From a virus, in IMG/VR virus record IMGVR_UViG_3300028008_000050: a DNA stretch of 35,472 nucleotides, one strand, 5' to 3'. Shown piece after piece: positions 31,829 through 35,472 of this stretch. Each line of letters opens with the position of its first letter. Position 1 is the stretch's first letter. Under the pieces are notes generated by a model, which saw only the letters and a list, made by a program, of their open reading frames with translations, had not been told where the DNA came from and did not search any database. The translations under genes and the position numbers were made by a program.

Positions 31829-33793
31829 ATGTTAATAGGAATACTAACTTTTTTATCTGCTATATCTATATCAGCAGTAGCAATATATTACTCCATAGCA
31901 GGACTAGTGGCTATCTTTGCCGCGGCGGCTATACCTATTATGATTATGGGTGGTGTACTTGAAGTTGGTAAACTTGTTACCGCAGTATGGCTACACAGGT
32001 ATTGGAGTCAAGCAACATGGTGGCTTAAAACTTATTTAAGTATAGCTGTCGTAGTACTCATGTTTATTACAAGTATGGGTATTTTTGGTTTCTTAAGTAA
32101 AGCTCACATCGAACAAACAAGTGCAGGCGAAGAAAGCATTGCAAAAGTAGAACAAATTGAAAATGAGATTGTAAGACTTAATGCAGTTATTGATAGAGCT
32201 GATGATAAAATTGAAGCATTAGAAACTAGTGGTTCAGGTAGTGACGCTAACATACAATCACAGATTGATAAAGAACAAGATCGTATTGACAAAGCATTTG
32301 AACGTATCAAACCTGCTATTGAACAACAGAACAAAATTATTGAAGACGCTAGAGAAACTGACTCAGCACGTACTAAACCTTATGAAGAACAACTTGCAAC
32401 TATTAGTGCAGAAGTCCTTCGTTTAGAAGCTAGTGCAAGAGAGTACGAAGATAAGATTGCATCACTAGAACAAGATACAAGTGCAGTACAACCATTATTA
32501 GATAGTATTGATACTATTGAAGCAGAGATTATTCGTGTTACTAATCAACTACAATCAACAGAACAAAGCGAAGTAAGAGCAGGCCAGGCTATCATTGGTG
32601 TAAGTAGTGATGGACTATTTGGTGGCAACACTCGTTCAGCTCTTGCTAAATGGGTCAAAGCTCAACGTGATAGAATTACACAAATACAAAATGATGTATC
32701 TCAACTACGTGCTGATGCTAAGAAAACTGTTGACATGGAACGTTTCCGTTTAGGCAACGTAATTAAAGATATTAGAGAAAAACAAATACCTGCACTCAAA
32801 GAACGTGAACTTGTAATGCTAGGTAAGATTGACGAAGTACGTCAAACAGAATCTCCTGTTATACAGACAGCAAGAGATGAAATTAATAGACTACGTCAAA
32901 GTGCTGAAGATTCAGTTAAGAACAGTCAAGAACTAATTGAAAGACTACGTTCTCAATTAGCTGACACAAGTAATGCAGATGATATTGATGCACAAGTTGA
33001 AGAACAACTAGCTAAGATTAAAAATGCTGAAACAGAACTAGATACTATTATTGAAGAAAAATATAAACTACAAGGTGAGTATCGTCAGTTAGAAGCAGAA
33101 GTAGGACCTATCAAATACATTGCTGAATTTGTTTATGGCGAAACAGCCGATAACAATATGCTTGAAGAAGCAGTACGTTGGGTTATTATAATTATTATAT
33201 TTGTATTTGATCCATTAGCAGTATTAATGCTTATTGCTTCACAGTATACATTCCATTGGGTAAACAGTGGTAGTACAGGTGGAGGCGGCCGCCCAAAGTC
33301 AGACGAGGACGATCCACAAGACGATCCTGAGTTTGAAGATGTTAGCCCAGAAGAACTAGCAGAAGAAGAACGTAGGGAATACGAACAAGCAAGAGCCCAA
33401 GCTATTGCTGACAATGTTCCACCAGACTTTGAAAAAGAAGAAGAACCAACTAAGAGTGAACATAGTGATCAATTATTATTGTTCCCAGACATTGACCCAG
33501 AACCTGTAGTACCTACAAAAATTGAAACTCCTGAAGTAGTTGCTGACCCAAATCAATTAGAGCTTGACTTTAATAAAAAACCTAGTCAAGAAGAACTTAA
33601 TAACGAGATGATTGAAACGGACGATCTAGATAAATGGAATGACTGGGTAGAGGCCGCTAACAAAGAAGCTGAATTAGAAGTTACCCAACTAGGTGAAGGC
33701 GAACAAGGTACTAGACAAAAGCTACCTCAAAAAAAAACTTCGTACATAACCAAAGTAGAGAACAAACAAGTCAGACTCAAGACTCAAGAATAA
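31829..33793 (+). CDS. Large membrane-anchored coiled-coil protein (about 654 aa)
   Basis: Two to three N-terminal TMs, about 300 aa of E/K/Q heptads, TM (WVIIIIIFVFDPLAVLMLIASQY), acidic C-terminal tail. Start MLIGILTFLS preferred. Confidence 0.8.
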   Translation: MLIGILTFLSAISISAVAIYYSIAGLVAIFAAAAIPIMIMGGVLEVGKLVTAVWLHRYWSQATWWLKTYLSIAVVVLMFITSMGIFGFLSKAHIEQTSAGEESIAKVEQIENEIVRLNAVIDRADDKIEALETSGSGSDANIQSQIDKEQDRIDKAFERIKPAIEQQNKIIEDARETDSARTKPYEEQLATISAEVLRLEASAREYEDKIASLEQDTSAVQPLLDSIDTIEAEIIRVTNQLQSTEQSEVRAGQAIIGVSSDGLFGGNTRSALAKWVKAQRDRITQIQNDVSQLRADAKKTVDMERFRLGNVIKDIREKQIPALKERELVMLGKIDEVRQTESPVIQTARDEINRLRQSAEDSVKNSQELIERLRSQLADTSNADDIDAQVEEQLAKIKNAETELDTIIEEKYKLQGEYRQLEAEVGPIKYIAEFVYGETADNNMLEEAVRWVIIIIIFVFDPLAVLMLIASQYTFHWVNSGSTGGGGRPKSDEDDPQDDPEFEDVSPEELAEEERREYEQARAQAIADNVPPDFEKEEEPTKSEHSDQLLLFPDIDPEPVVPTKIETPEVVADPNQLELDFNKKPSQEELNNEMIETDDLDKWNDWVEAANKEAELEVTQLGEGEQGTRQKLPQKKTSYITKVENKQVRLKTQE

Positions 33794-33895
33794 GACCTGA
33801 CTTTACTGAAGTAATAGAACCAAACTATAAACAAAATTCAGAACAGAGCCAGAATAGTGTTTGGCAAACAATCCACAAGAATAAGTAATATTACT

Positions 33896-34327
33896 ATGTC
33901 TAAGCCAACAGTAAATCTAATTACCTCACCTGACAAGTTATTAAACGATAACCTTAGTTTCTTATTGCTTAATCCGTCTGTTACAGTTAAAGAACAATTT
34001 AACGATATGTTAAAAGAACTTTCAGACGCACCTATCAATTTGTATCTTTCGGAAGACGAGAATGACATTGCTTGGGTACTAGACGTTGCTCAAAGTGTTA
34101 ACTATATTATTATTGATATTGATAACACTAAAGAGTCGCAATGGATAATTGGTCATTTGTTAAGTTTTGATAAAACATATTACTTGACAAACCAGGCAGA
34201 GATGCAGTATAATATACTTAATATCAATAGAGTTTATGATATTAGACAGATAGCAGAAGGAGAAAACTATTTTGTCAAAGTACAGCAACGACAGGCCAAA
34301 GACGGGTCTAAAAGTAGAAGTGCGTAA
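33896..34327 (+). CDS. Hypothetical protein (143 aa)
   Basis: Start MSKPTVNLITSP preferred over the track start. Confidence 0.65.
   Translation: MSKPTVNLITSPDKLLNDNLSFLLLNPSVTVKEQFNDMLKELSDAPINLYLSEDENDIAWVLDVAQSVNYIIIDIDNTKESQWIIGHLLSFDKTYYLTNQAEMQYNILNINRVYDIRQIAEGENYFVKVQQRQAKDGSKSRSA
34184..34213 (+). promoter_or_regulatory. Intragenic sigma70-like promoter upstream of rpsU-like gene
   Basis: TTGACA - 18 nt - TATAAT (consensus -10). Confidence 0.6.
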
Positions 34328-34511
34328 TGGTGACTTTGCAGGGGCTTTAAGAAAGTTCAAAAAGAAAGTTGCATTAGAAGGTGTGTTGATCGAATACAAA
34401 GAAAAACAACACTATGAGAAGCCAAGTTTAAAGCGAAAGAAAGCCAAGGCGGCTGGACGAGCTAGACACTTGAAAGCGATGAGAGAACGTAATAAAGAAC
34501 TAGGATTTTAA
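34272..34511 (+). CDS. rpsU: Ribosomal protein bS21
   Basis: GLKVEVRNGDFAGALRKFKKKVALEGVLIEYKEKQHYEKPSLKRKKAKAAG matches the bS21 core. Confidence 0.9.
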   Translation: MSKYSNDRPKTGLKVEVRNGDFAGALRKFKKKVALEGVLIEYKEKQHYEKPSLKRKKAKAAGRARHLKAMRERNKELGF

Positions 34512-34512
34512 T

Positions 34513-35115
34513 ATGAGTTTAAAAGCTGACCTTTGGTTTCCATCGATTGTATTTGCAGGTTATGTAGAATCAATTGATAGAGATTCATTAAAACAAATTG
34601 CTCTTGCATGGCAGGCAAAAGAACCTAACCTTGGTGGCAACAGTAATATGAATGGTTGGCATAGTCGCAGTATTGAGAACATTAATTTAGTTGATCCTAA
34701 CTATGTGTTTGCTCTTAATACGTTTGTAAAAGAACTAGATGCACAAGTAGATTACTGTCGCAAAACTATGGGACTACCTGAATTAGAATTCCAAAACTTC
34801 TGGATTAACATTAATGGTCCGGGAGCATATCATACATTACACAACCACCAAGATGCTATGTTGAGTGGTGTATTTTATATAGACGTTCCTGCAGAGAATA
34901 TGGGTGACTTACAATTTTTTAGAGGCGATGATGCACAGTATTATATTCCAGATAACTTTGATTCATATAATACAATAACAAGTACAATGGCAACGTATCC
35001 TCCAAAAGACGGAATGATAGTAATCTTTCCTAGCTGGGTCAAACATCAAGTTAAATCAAACCAAAGTGATTTGCAACGGATTGCAGTCTCTTTTAATTAC
35101 GGAGTTAAAAAGTGA
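34513..35115 (+). CDS. Putative 2OG-Fe(II) oxygenase-like protein 4
   Basis: NFWININGPGAYHTLHNHQDAMLSGVFYIDVP...DGMIVIFPSWVKHQVKSNQSDLQRIAVSFN. Confidence 0.88.
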   Translation: MSLKADLWFPSIVFAGYVESIDRDSLKQIALAWQAKEPNLGGNSNMNGWHSRSIENINLVDPNYVFALNTFVKELDAQVDYCRKTMGLPELEFQNFWININGPGAYHTLHNHQDAMLSGVFYIDVPAENMGDLQFFRGDDAQYYIPDNFDSYNTITSTMATYPPKDGMIVIFPSWVKHQVKSNQSDLQRIAVSFNYGVKK

Positions 35116-35472
35116 GAATTGAACAAGACATTAAGTTAGACTATAAAGACGTACTGTTTAAACCTAAGAGATCAAAATTAGAAAGCAGACGTGATGTGGA
35201 TCTAACTCGTACATTTAGATTTCATCACGGTAATGAATGGACTGGTGTACCTATCATGTCAAGTAACATGGACGGTGTTGGTACATTTGAAATGGCCAAA
35301 GTATTACAAGAACACAAAATGCTTACTATTATGAGAAAGCATTACTCACTTGATGACTGGAAAGAACAGAGTCAAGGAGTGAAGATGAAGTATCTAAGTG
35401 TTTGCACAGGTACAGGAGTTATTTGGGATAAAGATGCAAAAGACTATGCTACTATGAAAGCAGTCTTAGAAA
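35112..35472 (+). CDS. guaC: GMP reductase, N-terminal part (GTG start, truncated by window end)
   Basis: MRIEQDIKLDYKDVLFKPKRSKLESRRDVDLTRTFRFHHGNEWTGVPIMSSNMDGVGTFEMAKVLQEHKMLTIMRKHYS; strongly GuaC-like. Confidence 0.92.
   Translation, partial: MRIEQDIKLDYKDVLFKPKRSKLESRRDVDLTRTFRFHHGNEWTGVPIMSSNMDGVGTFEMAKVLQEHKMLTIMRKHYSLDDWKEQSQGVKMKYLSVCTGTGVIWDKDAKDYATMKAVLE

Noticed and set aside
1-35472. CRISPR array, cas genes, toxin-antitoxin or restriction-modification system
   Set aside because: No regularly spaced direct repeats were seen, and no convincing defence gene pair. The Cas4-like PD-(D/E)XK protein at 16236 fits an ordinary phage exonuclease.

Overview
This 35.5 kb AT-rich window looks like part of a tailed T4-like/cyanomyovirus-like marine phage genome. 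The likely host is an alphaproteobacterium, inferred from a circularly permuted two-piece tmRNA and a proteobacterial-type IscU. Virion-related content includes a beta-helix tail fibre/spike, a PAAR-M15 peptidase fusion, and blocks of conserved phage-like hypotheticals. Phage metabolism includes nrdA, nrdB, glutaredoxin, a PD-(D/E)XK exonuclease, HNH, the 3' end of a PRPP synthetase, a partial GMP reductase, SpeD, IscU, a possible PiT-like transporter, a class-3 lipase, four 2OG-Fe(II) oxygenase-like proteins, and a Rieske-oxygenase-like protein without recognisable Rieske ligands. Translation-related content includes a Trp, a Thr and a Gly tRNA, tmRNA, bS21 and Csp. The most striking feature is a minus-strand gene pair: a truncated Asp/Asn-type class II aaRS-like gene, followed 6 nt after its stop codon by a 100-nt tRNA with a long class II variable arm, a Leu-like D-arm, and a GUU (Asn) anticodon. 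Other strong leads are a phage-encoded porin-like protein, a -1 frame continuation at an A9 tract, a promoter-leader-terminator arrangement abutting tRNA-Trp, four copies of a short terminal domain in two adjacent genes, consecutive lipoprotein genes, and a recurring intergenic ATAAATAC late-promoter-like box. All calls come from reading motifs by eye; no database searches were run.
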